A stretch of DNA of 64,000 bases, from NCBI GenBank assembly GCA_001662655.1, contig KV460270.1. The stretch is one strand, 5' to 3'. This stretch comes from Pseudogymnoascus verrucosus. Taxonomy: Eukaryota. Below the pieces are notes generated by a model. That model was not told where the DNA came from. It saw nothing but the letters and a program-made list of their open reading frames with translations, and ran no database searches. Positions 35,945-49,163 of the stretch are shown piece after piece. Position 1 is the stretch's first letter; the number at the start of each line of letters is the position of its first letter. A program made the translations under genes and the position numbers.

Positions 35945-37678
35945 TCAAGGCCCACTCATCCTCTGCCTCTTAACCTCATGCCCCCCCCCACCCCCCACCC
36001 CACCATTCATCGGCATCTCCCCCAACGGCAACCTCTCCCCCGCCCCCGGCCCACCCCCATCACCCGCCCTCTTCCCCACCATAGTAGGCGGCTTATAACT
36101 CCCCCTATTCCCCAACGGACTCGGGCTCCCCGGCGCCCCCACGCGCCTCGTCGCATCAAGCTGCGGATTCACCACATTGATATTCCCCCTTCCTACCGGC
36201 GCCACCGCCGCCGCCGCCGCTGGTGGTGCCTGTTTAAAATTCCTATTCACGGGAATAGTCTTCGTGTGGTCGATACCGGGAGTCTTGCGGATGGAGGGGG
36301 ACTGGGAGTGTGGGTTAAACACCGCGGTTTTGGGGAGGCCGTCGGGGGCGAGGCCGTCGGTGGATAGGGCGGCTTTGGCGGAGAAGAAACCGATTGGGGG
36401 GGGGCCGTCGGGTGGGGGGTGGAAGGGTTGGTTTGTGGTGTCGGCATCTGGGTTTGAGGGTCTCGTGAAACTGGGGGATGCGGAGCCGTTGGGGGGAGGA
36501 GGCGGGGTTCGTTGTCTGTTGGGTTGGTTGAGGACTCGGCCGTGGCCGGGAACAGCGCCTTGGGGGATGCCGCCGGTTGTGTTCGCGGTTGGTGGCTGAG
36601 ATATGCCGCGCCCGGCGCCGGAGCTGGACCTTGATAAGCCGCCATTTGGTGTTTGGGGCTGTGATGGGTGTTGTGGGCGTGGTTGTGGGGGGCGCGCTCC
36701 GTTTTGAGGTTGCGGCCGGGATGGAGCTTGCATTTGCTGTGGCCGGGCTTGAGGCTGTCTGACCTGGTTCGGCATAGCATTGTTCTGTGCAGCTGCTGCT
36801 GGACCGGGTCCATTGGCTGGTCGGCCAGCATTGATGTGAAGAGCCGCTGGTGGAGGCACGTCTGGGAGCGCTACCTCGTCAGGGTGGGAATCCGGATCAT
36901 ACGCAGACGTAAAGTCAGTCTCGTCGAATGCTCCATCATCAAACTCATCCTCAAACGACCCTCTAGCTGTCACGCTTGGAATCAAATCCGGTTCCTGCTT
37001 TAAAACCGGCACATCAGGTGCTGCTTCCTCTTTCTTCGTGGCATAAGTCCCATGCCTATAAAGATTGTCGACTTCCCATTTAGTCGGCGCCACTTTCACC
37101 TTAGTAACCTTGGCTAGGTACTCCTTGTCGTAAATACAATTCCCCAAGACGTTTCCAAAGTTCCTCAATGCTCTCTTCATAGCATCTGTTGTCCCTTCCT
37201 TTTTTGCCTTCTCGAAAGCCGCGGCTTTGCCCTTGCAGTTTTCGATATGCCCGTAGCCGATGTCCTCATGGAATGTCCCATCTCGTAAGCTGACCCGAAC
37301 GATGACAGAAAGACCCAGGTTGACTTTGCCGGTAGTAGGGTTCTCGTCCACAAAATCCACCTGAAGTTCTTTGATTTGACTAGACCAGCCGTTGAAGCCA
37401 AAGACTTCGTTGGCAAGCTGGATGCATTTGTCTGCTGGGATATAGTGTAGCTTCTGGCCTCCTGGGCCGGATCTGGATGATATGTACTCTGGGCCTAATT
37501 GCTTCTGTAACCTGCTTTGGAGACTTGCAATCTCCTGGGCTGTGTATTCGGATATATGTGGTCTAACTTCTTCAAATGGATTGGCCGTATTATTCCCGCC
37601 ATTGTGCTGGTCGCCTGGCCTGTAAGACATTAGGGATCAGCTATTCACCGTACAGTGCTGTAGTACTCACGCAGGCAT
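35945..37678 (-). CDS. RAD52: DNA repair/recombination mediator Rad52
   Basis: LQKQLGPEYISSRSGPGG, LANEVFGFNGWSS, and DGTFHEDIGYG..AFEKAKKEGTTDAMKRALRNFGNVLGNC. Micro-exon ATGCCTGC with intron at 37620-37670. Confidence 0.97.
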
Positions 37679-37802
37679 AGCGGCGACGGTAACTAGCAAG
37701 TGGGATATAGCAAATATATCGAGACCATTGATGTGAGATCGTCTGCGTCGTGAATCAGCTCCTAACTCTGAAATGCCGGCCTGTTGACGTTGGGGTTACA
37801 AG

Positions 37803-37842
37803 TCGCGTTACGATTCCCCGCTAGAACTCCAGGTAGACGCGA
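37803..37842. promoter_or_regulatory. MCB-like elements in the RAD52/SPF45 divergent promoter
   Basis: TCGCGT at 37803-37808 and ACGCGA at 37837-37842. Confidence 0.4.
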
Positions 37843-37959
37843 ACCAAATGCGCGGTCAGGTGATCATATCTTGATAACCTCCAACCACGGATATCTGCTT
37901 GGCCTCTCTGGTTGAAAGTTAATTCTCAGATCACGATTTCACTTTCTTTCCAATTAATT

Positions 37960-39578
37960 ATGTCGAATCCGAATACGCCCGCAGCCCCAAGAGGCGGACT
38001 GTCGCTCTACGCAAACCTTCTTGATCCCTCATCCTCATCCAACACAGCGGCCATCATATCTCGCGCGCCAGTCGCATTCAACACGGACAGCGGCGCCGCA
38101 GACGACGAAGCTTCAGCGAAGAAGCAACAGATCAATGCTGGTAGATATTGAACACCCCTCCAAGCAGTCTAGCTTGTAGACTTCAGAATTGCTCACGTCT
38201 GGTTGCTTTGCGAACGAATAGCCGCACTACGATTTCAGCCGACTAAGCGTCCGCAACTATCATCGCAGAAGGGAAAGCCAAAGCCGGGATTCCCAAGGCC
38301 GACGGCGCCAGTCGATCCGGATTCCACAAAGCAGACTGTGAGCAATATTGCCCCGCCTACTAGGCCCCCGGCAAAGAGCACATTGGCCGACTGGGCTGTC
38401 GCGGGGGAAGACGACGATGTGAATGGATTTTATGGCGGCGGGGAAAAGCGACAACGCGGGGGGCGTAAACGCCGGAAGAAGAATAGGGAGGAATACGCTG
38501 TTGCGCAGGATTGGGATGATATATACGACCCGTCACGTCCGAGCAGTTACGATGAATACAGGCACAGTGATGAGCAGATCCGGGAGGTGAGGGAGTGGAA
38601 GGACAGGCTTTACGCTCATCGGAAGAGTAGGAAGTACTCTAGTGATATTGAGAGTGATGAGGAGCCTGCACGCCCGAATATGAGTAGTAAGTATACATAC
38701 ATCCAGTCATGAGCCATCACTAATTGCATACAGATCAATTCGCCCCTCCACCCTCCTTTGCGCCGCCGCCATCCTTCGCTCCTCCATCATCTTACGCACC
38801 TCCCCCACCACCACCAGACGACTCACACGAGCCAGCTCCAGGGAGATCCTCACCCGCCTACTCCCCTCCCCCACCCCCCGAACCCCTCTCAGCAGGCGTC
38901 ATATCCCGCGCCCCAGTCCGCTACAACCTCCCCCCCGCCCCCTCCGAAATCCCCGCCTCAGAAGCCGAACTAGCCCTTGCCCTCAACGAAACCGGTGACG
39001 AAGAAGAACCTTCTGGCGACCAGCCACGCTCAAGTCGTCCCGGCCAAGCCGGCTTCGCGCAGAGGTTGATGTCCAAGTATGGCTGGTCCAAGGGCAGTGG
39101 TCTTGGCGCCGATGAGTCGGGGATCGTGAACGCGCTACACGTGCAAGTTCAGAAGCGGAAGAAGAAACCTGATTCTGAGGGCGGGGGGTTCGTGGATCCT
39201 CAAGCTATTGGGAAGATAGTCGGAGGGAAGCGAAAGACCCCTGCTGGGGAGGAAGAGGGTAAGTTTGGGGCTATGTCGGAGGTTGTGGTGTTAGAGGGGA
39301 TGGTTGATGGTATGGATCTCGACTCTGAAGTGGAAGGGGCGGGTGATGGAGGGATCATGCAGGAGATTGGGGAGGAGTGTGGGGAGAAGTATGGGAATGT
39401 TGAGAGGGTGTTTATTCACCGGCGGGAAGGGGGGAGGGGGACTGTGTTTGTGAAGTTTACGAGCCAGTTGAGTGGGTTGAGGGCGGTGAATGCGTTGGAG
39501 GGGAGGATATTTAATGGTAATACCATTAGTGCTAGGTTTTATGACCCGGAGAAGTTTGAGGAGGGCATTTACGAATAG
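37960..39578 (+). CDS. SPF45: G-patch + UHM/RRM splicing factor SPF45/RBM17 (DRT111-like)
   Basis: GLSLYANLLDP, DDIYDPSRPSSYDEY, G-patch FAQRLMSKYGWSKGSGLGA, and UHM EIGEECGEKYGNVERVFI..LEGRIFNG. Introns at ~38141-38221 and ~38686-38733. Confidence 0.88.
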
Positions 39579-40135
39579 GTTCTTTCCATGTTTAATATAA
39601 GTAGCGGTATTTAGGCTACTAAATCCAACGGCTTCCTACGCTGCTCTATGCCACCCCAATACCGTCTTCTGATATACCTGTCATGTCGATGCTACCCAAG
39701 TCTTTGGAGCTGCCAGGCTTAGTAGATACTCATGGGGAAATTCAAAAGCTTCCAGACTGCCCTTCCATATGCACCTGTCATGGCTGGAAGTATGGACCTC
39801 ATAGTGGTCGTCACTTAGGAGACATTCATGAATAGCACAGAGTAGAGAGGCCGTTCTCCCCAGAGAGCTATTTACAATTACGTGCTTATTATCCTTCTAG
39901 CGCTCTACAACTTCGTGGAGAGAAGCCATTTCTAACGATTCACCGAGTTAATTATAACGACTACTTCCAGGGGCCGATGATGTTGGCATCTTCTTAATAC
40001 TGCACATGCGCTTGTTTCGGCATGAATTTTATTATCTCGTCGATTTGTTCGGCGTCTTTCTACTGCAGGGAGACCTTCAGGTTCAATCCCTGCTGTATAG
40101 GATCCATTCTCTTAAGGATTCTGCTCTATTTATGT

Positions 40136-41495
40136 TTATGATGTAGTTCCTCTAGAGCTCTGAGCCTCCACTCCTTTAACAATTTCGGCACTAGCACTCC
40201 TTTCCACTGCAGGAAGATTCCCAAGTTCAATCCCTAATGAGTATAGAGACCCATTCTCTTGAGGATTCTGCTCTGTTTCAGACGAAGTTCCTCTATAGCT
40301 CTGAGCCTCTATAGAATGGAAATTCAATACTCCTTCAACAATTTCAGCCCTAACACCCCATTTATTCACTATTTCGGGATTGTTCTCCGCATACTCCTTG
40401 AGGTAACCTTCCATAATCGCAAGTTCAGGACGCTTGTCATCATCCTGGAAGAGCTGGGAGATCGAATATACGAGAATAGAAATTACCAAGCTAGTGATAT
40501 ATGTGATGAACACGTTCCGGCTGTCGTTTAGGCCAGCAGTCTGGTCGAGGCTTTTGGTCCAGCGGAACCCAAAATATATACCGAAGCCAATCAGCAGGGA
40601 GCAAAGCGAGGTTGTGAGGAGCATTTGAGGAGCCGAAACTGTGATTACGGAGGCTGCGCTAGGAGTGAAGCACTGGCTGATGATGCTTCTTTTGAAATTC
40701 CTCCGATCTCTCTCAGTTGGGTTGAAGTCGTCGGGATCGCTTGGTATAAAGTCGAGACGTATCCCAACTGCAGTATATATCATAAACCGAGCCAGCGGCC
40801 CAAGTAAAAGGTTAGAATAGTAATAGAACTTCTCGAGGAAAATAAGATCCCTCTGGTCACTAGGACGAGCGTCTTCTGTCCTAGGTAGGCGTGCTTCAAG
40901 TTGTGCTTGATGTTCAGCGCGAGTTTGTTCACCAATCATGGATTGGCGTTCGAATTTATTACTGATTTTTTGGGCGATTTCACCCAAAGAAGGAACGAGC
41001 CTCCCGGTATCCATGATACGTCTACCCCCACGAATCCAAAGCCTCACTTGTTCTGCTTGAAGTAACCGTCCCAACATGCGTTGCTGGGTAGTGGCATAGT
41101 AGACTGCCATGAGAGAAGTCGTTAGGCTAAGCACAAAAGCTCCTCGAGCAACCCAATGAGTCTGGCTTAAAGAATCTAATGACAATCCCGTAATAGCAAT
41201 TTGGGCCACAATAGCTGCCTAATTGATGTTAGTGGAGTCCCACAACGATAATAGATATACAAACAGCAACTGCAATCATAGTGCATTCATCAAGGATCGA
41301 TTTCTTGAAAGTCATCGCATCCTCCTCTTTGAGTTGGCCTATAACCTGCGCTTCTATTCGCCATGTAGCGCGACTTCCAAAGAGTAAAAGAGGTATGCTA
41401 GAAAGCCCATATAACATAAATAGCTTGAAGGCTCGAACAGCAGTCCTGGCGAGTAAATCAGCGACTTCAAGCGAAATAAAAAGTAGTTCGACCAT
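40136..41495 (-). CDS. Uncharacterised multi-pass membrane protein (accessory-type gene)
   Basis: An intron at 41219-41264 (GTTTGT..ACTAAC..TAG) joins two ORFs: ..DECTMIAVA|AAIVAQIAITGLSL..HWVARGAFVLSLTTSLMAVYYA. Two further TM segments follow. Start uncertain. Confidence 0.7.
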
Positions 41496-42199
41496 CCTAA
41501 GGTTTATGAAAGTTATTAACCCGTAGTTAGAATTACCACGAGTCGGGAGACTTCCAAATATCAGAGGGACAGATCTTTCCCCGTGTATGATGTCCAACTT
41601 CCGGTGAATGGGGCAGAGCTGAAATGTTGTGCCTTGTCCTGTTCACGGCGGCTATTGACAAAGTGGCTAGCCAATCATTCCCCCTACACATTTCGCCAGA
41701 ACACACCTTTCTCGCAGAGACATTCAACTGTACGGCTATTTTTTTAAATATATATATATATATATGTTTTACTTATGGTACTACTAGATCTAAATATAAA
41801 AACGCTTAAGAATCGCTATTCTGCTTGCTGATCATGCCGATATCACCTCCCCGCTCTCCACTCTCCTAACACCCTCCACCCACATCCCACCCGCCCTGCA
41901 CTACCGCCGAAGATAGGTTCCTAGGGAAATAGAAGTGATTCTCAAATCAACCCAGCCAACCCAGTTGGAGCCACCAGAAGGGCCCCACAGCTCAAGCCCT
42001 AACATAGCGATGTTACAAGTGTCGAACCCAGTCCTCTGCATCCCCCGCCCTGGCGCAAATTCTACTCCTACCACAGGCCACATAGTATATAAAGAAGAGG
42101 AAGAAGAGAACACCACGGTATACTTACCAATGTCAAAGAATTTAAAGTAGAAGCAGGGGTGTTGGTTGCAGAAGGTTGCAGACCTAGCGGTTTAGGGGG

Positions 42200-43495
42200 A
42201 TGGTGGCAGAGGAGTGCCCCCCCCCCCCCCGACGATCCCAGGATCGATGATAGAGCAAGTGAGAAACCCAGTCGACAGCGAGATACCCAACGACAAGACA
42301 GCCCATCAGTGACAGGAACTCTCCGACAACAAGAACGTCCCCAACGGCAGCACGGCATCTCACTACCGTTTTGCGGGTGGCTGGTTACCTCCCTCCTCAG
42401 CGCCTCGTTTCCGTTTAAGCTCGTTAAGTCCCGCGTCTATCCCTGCGAACGTGAGGCGAACCTGTTGTTAGACTTCCTTGATGTCGCTCACCTTGAGCTT
42501 TTTTGAGGGGTTCCTGGCAAACTCGCTGCGGACAATGAATAGCCTATATAGCACTTGCTAGCATCTCTATGGGAAGGTAAGTCGTCGTTGTGGGAATCGT
42601 AAATCCAGAAAAGTCACATTATCACGAGTTTATCATATACAACTTCTAACAATATCATACAACATTTATAATAAAAAAAGGCCATTCATGAATTATCATG
42701 TAATTCCCTAAACTACTCCTCCATCCCCCCGACCACTACCCTTCAACATCTATTAACATTCCATCCTTCCTGTACTAGCAAAGGAACAGCAGCGGCTCTC
42801 AGATAAACCTAACCAACCCAGCCATACAATCCACCCCTCCCCCGCCACAATCCCCCATACTCCTCCTCCTTCCCTCCCCCAGCCCAACGCTCCCATGATA
42901 CCCGATAATACATAAAAAACCCCCCAGACGACAGCCAGAAACCCACCGACAAAACAGCCAGCCCACCAGTGACAGCAACACCAACCCCGACAACAAGAAC
43001 GTCGCGACAACAGCCCCCACCTAGCACAGCACCCCACCACCGGTTACGTAGACGATATCAGATTCATCACCTTCCTCCTCAACGTCTGAATGCAACAGAT
43101 CACCACTTCCGTATCCAGCGTCGTCCTCTTCTTCCTCGTCGTCATCCCTTGCCGGGGGAGCGTCGCTCTCGTCCTCCTCGTCTCCGCTATCATTCTCTTG
43201 TGGTCTATAATCATCTCCGCTGTCCTCTTGCAGCTCATCATTCTCGTCCTTGCATGTTATACTACTACTACACACACACGCCCCACAGAGCCAGACGTAA
43301 ACAGAGACACGGTGCGCGCCCCTGCGAAGGGTCCGCGACTCCTGGTGGTTCTATATGATCTAGGAGGGGGGGCGGCGGGGGTATTTATATGAAAATGGGG
43401 AGAAGGGGTTGTGTGTAGAGGGGGAGGAGTATGGGAGTTAGAGATGACGAACTGTGTATCACCCATACATCATCACAACTTCCCACACAGGCGCA
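42200..43495 (-). repeat. Degenerate dispersed repeat family, cluster 1 (one long copy ~42750-43495 and one partial copy ~42200-42390)
   Basis: Reverse strand carries GGGTGATACAC, TTTTCATATAAATACCCC (43378-43395), CCAGGAGTC, GGTGCTGTGC (43024-43033) and CGTTCTTGTTGTC (42989-43001 and 42325-42337). All are shared with 56.9-59.4 kb. Confidence 0.8.
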
Positions 43496-44129
43496 AGCGA
43501 GAGCTGTTATCAAGTCAGTAACAAAAAACGTCAACCATGAATGAATGAATGAATGAATGGTTATGCAATTCTCCCACCCACCCAGCTAACCCCCTTTCCT
43601 CTTTTTCTCCCTTCCTTCTCCCCCCTACCTCCCTCGCACCTTCATCCCTCACAACTACCCTCCGTTCTTCTTCTTCCTCCTCCTCATCACCCACCCAGAG
43701 CAATCACAACAAAAATCGTTGCAAAGAAAAGATGCCACAGCACAATCATCCATCCATCCCACCAACCATTAAACCACTAGAGCAGAGCGAATGTCAAGTT
43801 AAGCAGGCATGCACAAAAAAAAATGATAGACCCCCAGAGCAACGAGTCCTAAAAGCACAGCAAGTCAAGTAGCGAGAGCAAAAAGACAGATAATTCTCAA
43901 GTCACCCTCCATTATCCATCACCATTTCCCCCCACAACGCGCTCAATAAGGTCCCACGATGAAGAGGTCGTAACATATTATGTCTTTGTCTAGCTCGACT
44001 TGCACTACTAATCACAAAGTTAAAAAAAAACCACAACGACGACAAAACGCCCTCCTCTCCTCTCCTCTCCTCAAAACTTTCCACTCGTATCTCTCTCTCT
44101 CTCTCATGAAAAAAACACACTAGCTACAT

Positions 44130-45492
44130 TTACAATGCGAGAAGACCACCAAGGACAGCCATGCCGACAACGAAGACGCTTGAGACCTTGAGGCTGCCAG
44201 CGGCATCCTTAGTAGAGTCGCTGCTTCCGGAACCGCTGTCGGTCTGGCCGCTGGTGGATCCGGAGAGCGTGGTCTGGACGTTGTCGCTCTGGGCCTGGCA
44301 GAAGACGTCACCCTTGACGACCTGGGCATCGTGGAGCTTGTTGAAGTCGTTGCAGGAGAAGTTGGCAGAGGTCTGGGCGTTGAACGTACCCTGGACATCG
44401 GCGAGGGCGGGGAAGGCAGCCCTGGGGGAGAAAAGAATGTTAGCATTGTGTCATTTACGTTAGTAGGCGTGCAGGAAGGACATACTTGGTGAAGTTTCCG
44501 GAGATGGAGATGGCACCAGCAGCGCTCTTGAGGGCCGGGAATCCGGTGATGTCCAGAAGCTTGCTGTTGTTGGCGATCAAGAGACCACCTCCGATGGTCT
44601 GGAGAAGCGGCATGGAGATGTTGGTCAACGAAGAGTCGGCAACGAAAGCAACGTCACCTCCGACCTTGGTCAAGTTGGGGGCCATAACCGACTCCATGTA
44701 GGATCCGTAGACACCAAAGGTGGAGTTGACAACCTTCAGGGAAGGGATGCTGAGGCTGGAAACGTTGCGGACGGTCATGTTGAAGGCCCAGATCAGGTTA
44801 GGGAAGGTAAGCTCCAGGTTGGGGCCGTTGTTGTTGATGATGAGCGCCTGGGAGATGTTGCCAACCTGGGTCTCGATCTTGCGGAGGTAGGCGTTGTTGG
44901 TGATCTCGAAGCTGTCGACGGTGGCAAGGTTGATACCATCGAGGCTGGTCAGGGCAGTATCAGTGATGAAGACGGACTTGGCCTTGGTGACACCGGTGGT
45001 GAAGGTGAGCGCCTGGAGAGCATTGAGGGTCGTCCACGAGATGGCGCCGACCTGGGACAGCGATGGGAACTCGAGGCTGGACATGGTGGTCAAGCTGGTG
45101 AACTTGATGGTTCCGCTGATGGAGCCGAGCGAGGTGGCGGAAAGGGCAGTCAGCTTGACGGCCTGGTTGGCAATCAAGTCACCGTTGAGCTGTTGGATGC
45201 CGTTGAGAGCAATGCCTCCGGATGGGACATCTTTGGAGATCTGGATGTTACCGGTGAAGGTCGTGCAACCGGCAAGGGCATCAGCATCGGACTGGCTGCT
45301 GATGATCACCGTTGTCTGCTTGCAGGCGGGGTTTGTGGGAGCTGTAGAGAGGTCCAATTAGTAAATTGCTTTGACCGGTGACATAACCTTCAATGTGAAG
45401 ATTCTGCCCCTTTAAGGAATTGTAGAGAAAAACTAACCGGCAGTGGCCATGCCGAGGACCGCGAGGGCCGGCACCAAGTAGTTGACGAGCAT
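44130..45492 (-). CDS. ECM33: GPI-anchored cell-wall protein Ecm33 (receptor L-domain, Sps2 family)
   Basis: Signal peptide MLVNYLVPALAVLGMATA, repeated L-x-x-L/IxG units (FPNLIWAFNMT, IGGGLLIANN), Ser/Gly-rich tail and GPI signal AAGSLKVSSVFVVGMAVLGGLLAL*. Two introns. Confidence 0.93.
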
Positions 45493-46430
45493 TGTGAAGG
45501 AAGGATACTGAGGAAGTGTCAGTTGTGTGGTTCAATTGAGGTGTAAAATTGTGTTTTGCGGATAGCGACGGGAATGTGATGGCGCGTCGACGGATTGATT
45601 CGGAGGATGGCAGCGGCGCGAGGTGATGTTGATGTCGATGATGAAGGTATTCGTGGGTTCGATCTGGGGGTTCTGGAATAATACCTTTTGATGGAAAGTT
45701 GATTACTTTTGTCTATCTGCTAGACCGGGAAAGTATATGGGCTGTGTGTGGTACAGCGAATAAAATAAACTCGGGATAGAGTAGATTGGAAGAAGGCGGA
45801 TTGGAGAATTGAAGCTGTGGGAAGAAAGAGCTGAAGACGGGTATGTAATTAAACGAATGTCTTGTGAATGAGTCTCACAAATAAAAGAGGAAGTCGCAGG
45901 ACGGACGAAGTCGCTGCAGATAGAATAGTTGGCTTGGAAGGAAGGAAGGAGGCGAGAAGATGAAGGGGAGACGAGACGAGAAGGGGAAGAGTCTGGGACA
46001 GTGGAGACAGGCAGTAACAGTAGTAACGAACTGGGAATGGGTGGTGGGAGGAGTGGGAGGAGTGGGAGGAGGGAAAGAGCGAGGGAGCGACGACGAGGCC
46101 AAGGTAAACCAAGACATAGCAAGACACCACAACAAGGTAGTTCAGGTACGAGGAAATTGGCTGCGGGTGTGGGTGTGTAGTCAGGTACCGATAGAGGTAG
46201 GATGAGGTACTAGTGGATGCTGAGAGCAGTATAGTGGCAGTAGAGTGTAGTAGAAGTGGAGGTGGCAGTACCAAGTACCAGAGAGGGACGATGGAGATAC
46301 TTGGAGCTACACAACGGGGAAAATCCTGTTGTGGGCGAGTCTCCAGTGGTGATTTATGGTGATTTATGGTCATTTATACAGAAGATATCCACAGTGTTAT
46401 ACAGAATCATACAACAATGCTATGCACAAC

Positions 46431-46517
46431 ACCATACAATGCCATAAAATGCCATACAAAGTTCCCATACAAAGTCCCATACAAAGTTCCATACAAAGCC
46501 CCATACAAAGCCCCATA
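46431..46517. repeat. CCATACAAAG-type minisatellite (~11-13 bp unit, ~8 copies)
   Basis: ccatacaatg ccataaaatg ccatacaaagttc ccatacaaagtc ccatacaaagtt ccatacaaagcc ccatacaaagcc ccatac. Confidence 0.85.
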
Positions 46518-49163
46518 CTGTGGTTGTAAACTGCTTTTGTGCAGACAACCCTCTCTCCCACTACTTCCACCATCCTAAATAAAGGGCAACTCTACAGCAG
46601 AATCAACACCAGGGCAATCCCACTATCCTACTATCCCAATCCCACTACCACCACCATCCTAAATAAAGGAAGTCAAGGGCAGGTACAGTACAAAGAGGGT
46701 TCAACACCATCTCCATCCCCAGCATAACCAACCTCCAAAAACCTGCTTTTGGCAACTTATCTCTCTACCAATCTCTGCTGCTGTATTCTCCCAATCTCTG
46801 CTCTGCTCTCTACTCCACCAATCTCTCTACCAATCTCTATCAATCCCCAACCATCTCCAACTAACCAACCCTCTAGCACCCGCTCCGTTAGCACCGTCGC
46901 CCATCCCGACACCCATCAGACCATCCCGAAAACTAGCCTCGCCGAAAACAAACCCTCAAAAGAACTGGTTGTGCTGTGGCTGTTGTGCCTGGTTCCCGTT
47001 CTCCATTCCAAAAAATCAGCAATATCTGCAGCAAATATCTCCATCCCCACCACCAAACACCACCAACCCACAAATCCCAAAAATCATGCAGCCACACAAC
47101 AACCCACCCGTCCACTACTGCACCACCACCTCCACCACCTCCACCTCCACCAGCCAAACCATACCATGACCAGCTGTACCATGGCCCCATCACCGCAAAA
47201 ACTCCCACCAAGAAACAAGCTTCCATCTCTCTCCTTCCCCTGCTGGCCCTCACCATCCAGTCATGTGCTCGTACCACAGTACAAGCCGCCTATACAGAGA
47301 GTACAGAGGGTGTACATCCCTCCATCCCCCCATCCAAAACTACTGCATGCGCAATCCCGACTCGACTGTACAGTACAGCGAAACAGGATGCGCGGTGTTA
47401 TGAAACACGGCGAGGGGGGGAGGGATACACTGATCTTCGATGCTGCCAAATCAACGACAGCGTTACTGACAGTTGGCAGTGTGGTCGGAAACAGCTGTCG
47501 CCGGGATGTCATGTGTCTGTCAACACGGCAGCAGCCATCTATCTACTTACGACTCGCCTCGGGCAGAAGAAAGCTATGTCATCGCTATTGTATCGCCACC
47601 ACCGCCGCGGCGCCGCGGGAGCCGGTGAGACACGGAGCTGGGCAGCTGTAGCCCATCGTATACGTCGTTGGTTTAGTGCATACATAAATAAACACGAACG
47701 CCTCCATACATCGCCTCTGATGTCACCTCAGGACGCCACACTGCGGTGTTGGTGTAGTGGTGCTGTAAAATACGACATGCGGGGATCTATCTAATTGTAG
47801 ACGAACGCACGCAACGCACGCACACGACGCATTGTTCGATTTATCGAAATGGCACTCTACTAATTAATTGATGACTTCTTTTCTAATTTGCCGCGGCGGT
47901 CGGTGGGCGGCGTAGTGCAGCAGGTAGGAGCAAAGCAAATTTCGCCAGTAGAACGTACATCCAGGCCAGGCTGGGCTATCCGCTGGCTGGCAATTTACCC
48001 AAAATAGGTATTTATGTATCCTCCCCGCGGCGAAATCTCTCATCTCCCACCTCCCGATCACTCACCGCAATCACCTCATTATCATCGTCGTCGTCCTCAA
48101 GTTACGATCACCCCCCTCATCACCGATAACTCCATCTCCATATCTCATCAATATCCCCCCAAACAAATCCCATTATTCCCGCCCGTTGATCACCGCAGCA
48201 CCACCATCAATCGCAATCTTACTCCACCACCACCGCCAATCTTCATTCCCCCTGCTAACTCCCGCTAACCGCCTCTCGCCTAGCGCGGGGGACGGATGTG
48301 CAATCGTGAGATTTGGGGGCGCGCGGGACGGGTACTTCGGGGTACATACAACTTTACTTGGTGAAGAGAAGAGACAGGGGTTAGGCGCCACTGCTGGGAC
48401 AGGACTTGTAGCGATCTGTGAGGATTTTTGTGTGTGCTGGGTGGTTGTGGTGGTGGTGGCGGTTGTTGCTGGTGATGCGGGATGCGAGATGCGCTGGTGG
48501 AGATGCTAGATTGTGGGTTTTTAATAGATGCTGGCTGGACTGTGGGTTCTATATGGATTGAATTGACTAGGCCGGACTAGATTGAATTGACTGGACTAGA
48601 CGGGAGTGAAGTGGATTGGATTGGACGCCATTAGAGCACGCCGGAACCGGTTACTGCATGATGCGTGCAAGCCGAGCTCTAGGCTTTACGGCGGTGGTGA
48701 TGCTATTTCAGCACGGGCGGCATGGCGTTTATGTTTGTGCATACCAAGGGAAAGGGGAGGCGGTGGGGTCTGCTTTGGGAACTACGTGCCGGCCTATATT
48801 TGAGGTATGGGTAAGGGGGGTTATGTGGTTACGCCTGAGACTTTCTAAATATGGTATTTATGAAGCATTTATGATTTCAGGTAATGAAAATTTATATTTC
48901 TCAAGTTTTTATTTACTTTTTTTATACGTTTTACACACCGGTGACTAGACATCCAACTGCTCTTACCATACATATCGCTCCCTGAGCAAAAAAATACGTA
49001 AGTAAACCACATACCCAAACCCCTAAAACACACACATATATATATATTTTTGGGGGATTTATAATATTTCAGGGTATCGTATCAAAAACCACACATAAGT
49101 CGTCAGTCAGCCACCTAAAACATCTATCAAACACAGACAGTCGTCAGCCACCTAAAACACTAA

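Noticed and set aside
46749..47794. 300-aa and 272-aa ORFs upstream of ECM33
   Set aside because: Non-ATG starts, C/A-rich low complexity, and overlapping frames equally open.
49087..49160. Duplicated GTCAGCCACCTAAAACA in the MAG1 3' UTR, plus scattered microsatellites (TCAA, ATGA, TA)
   Set aside because: Ordinary slippage-type local repeats.
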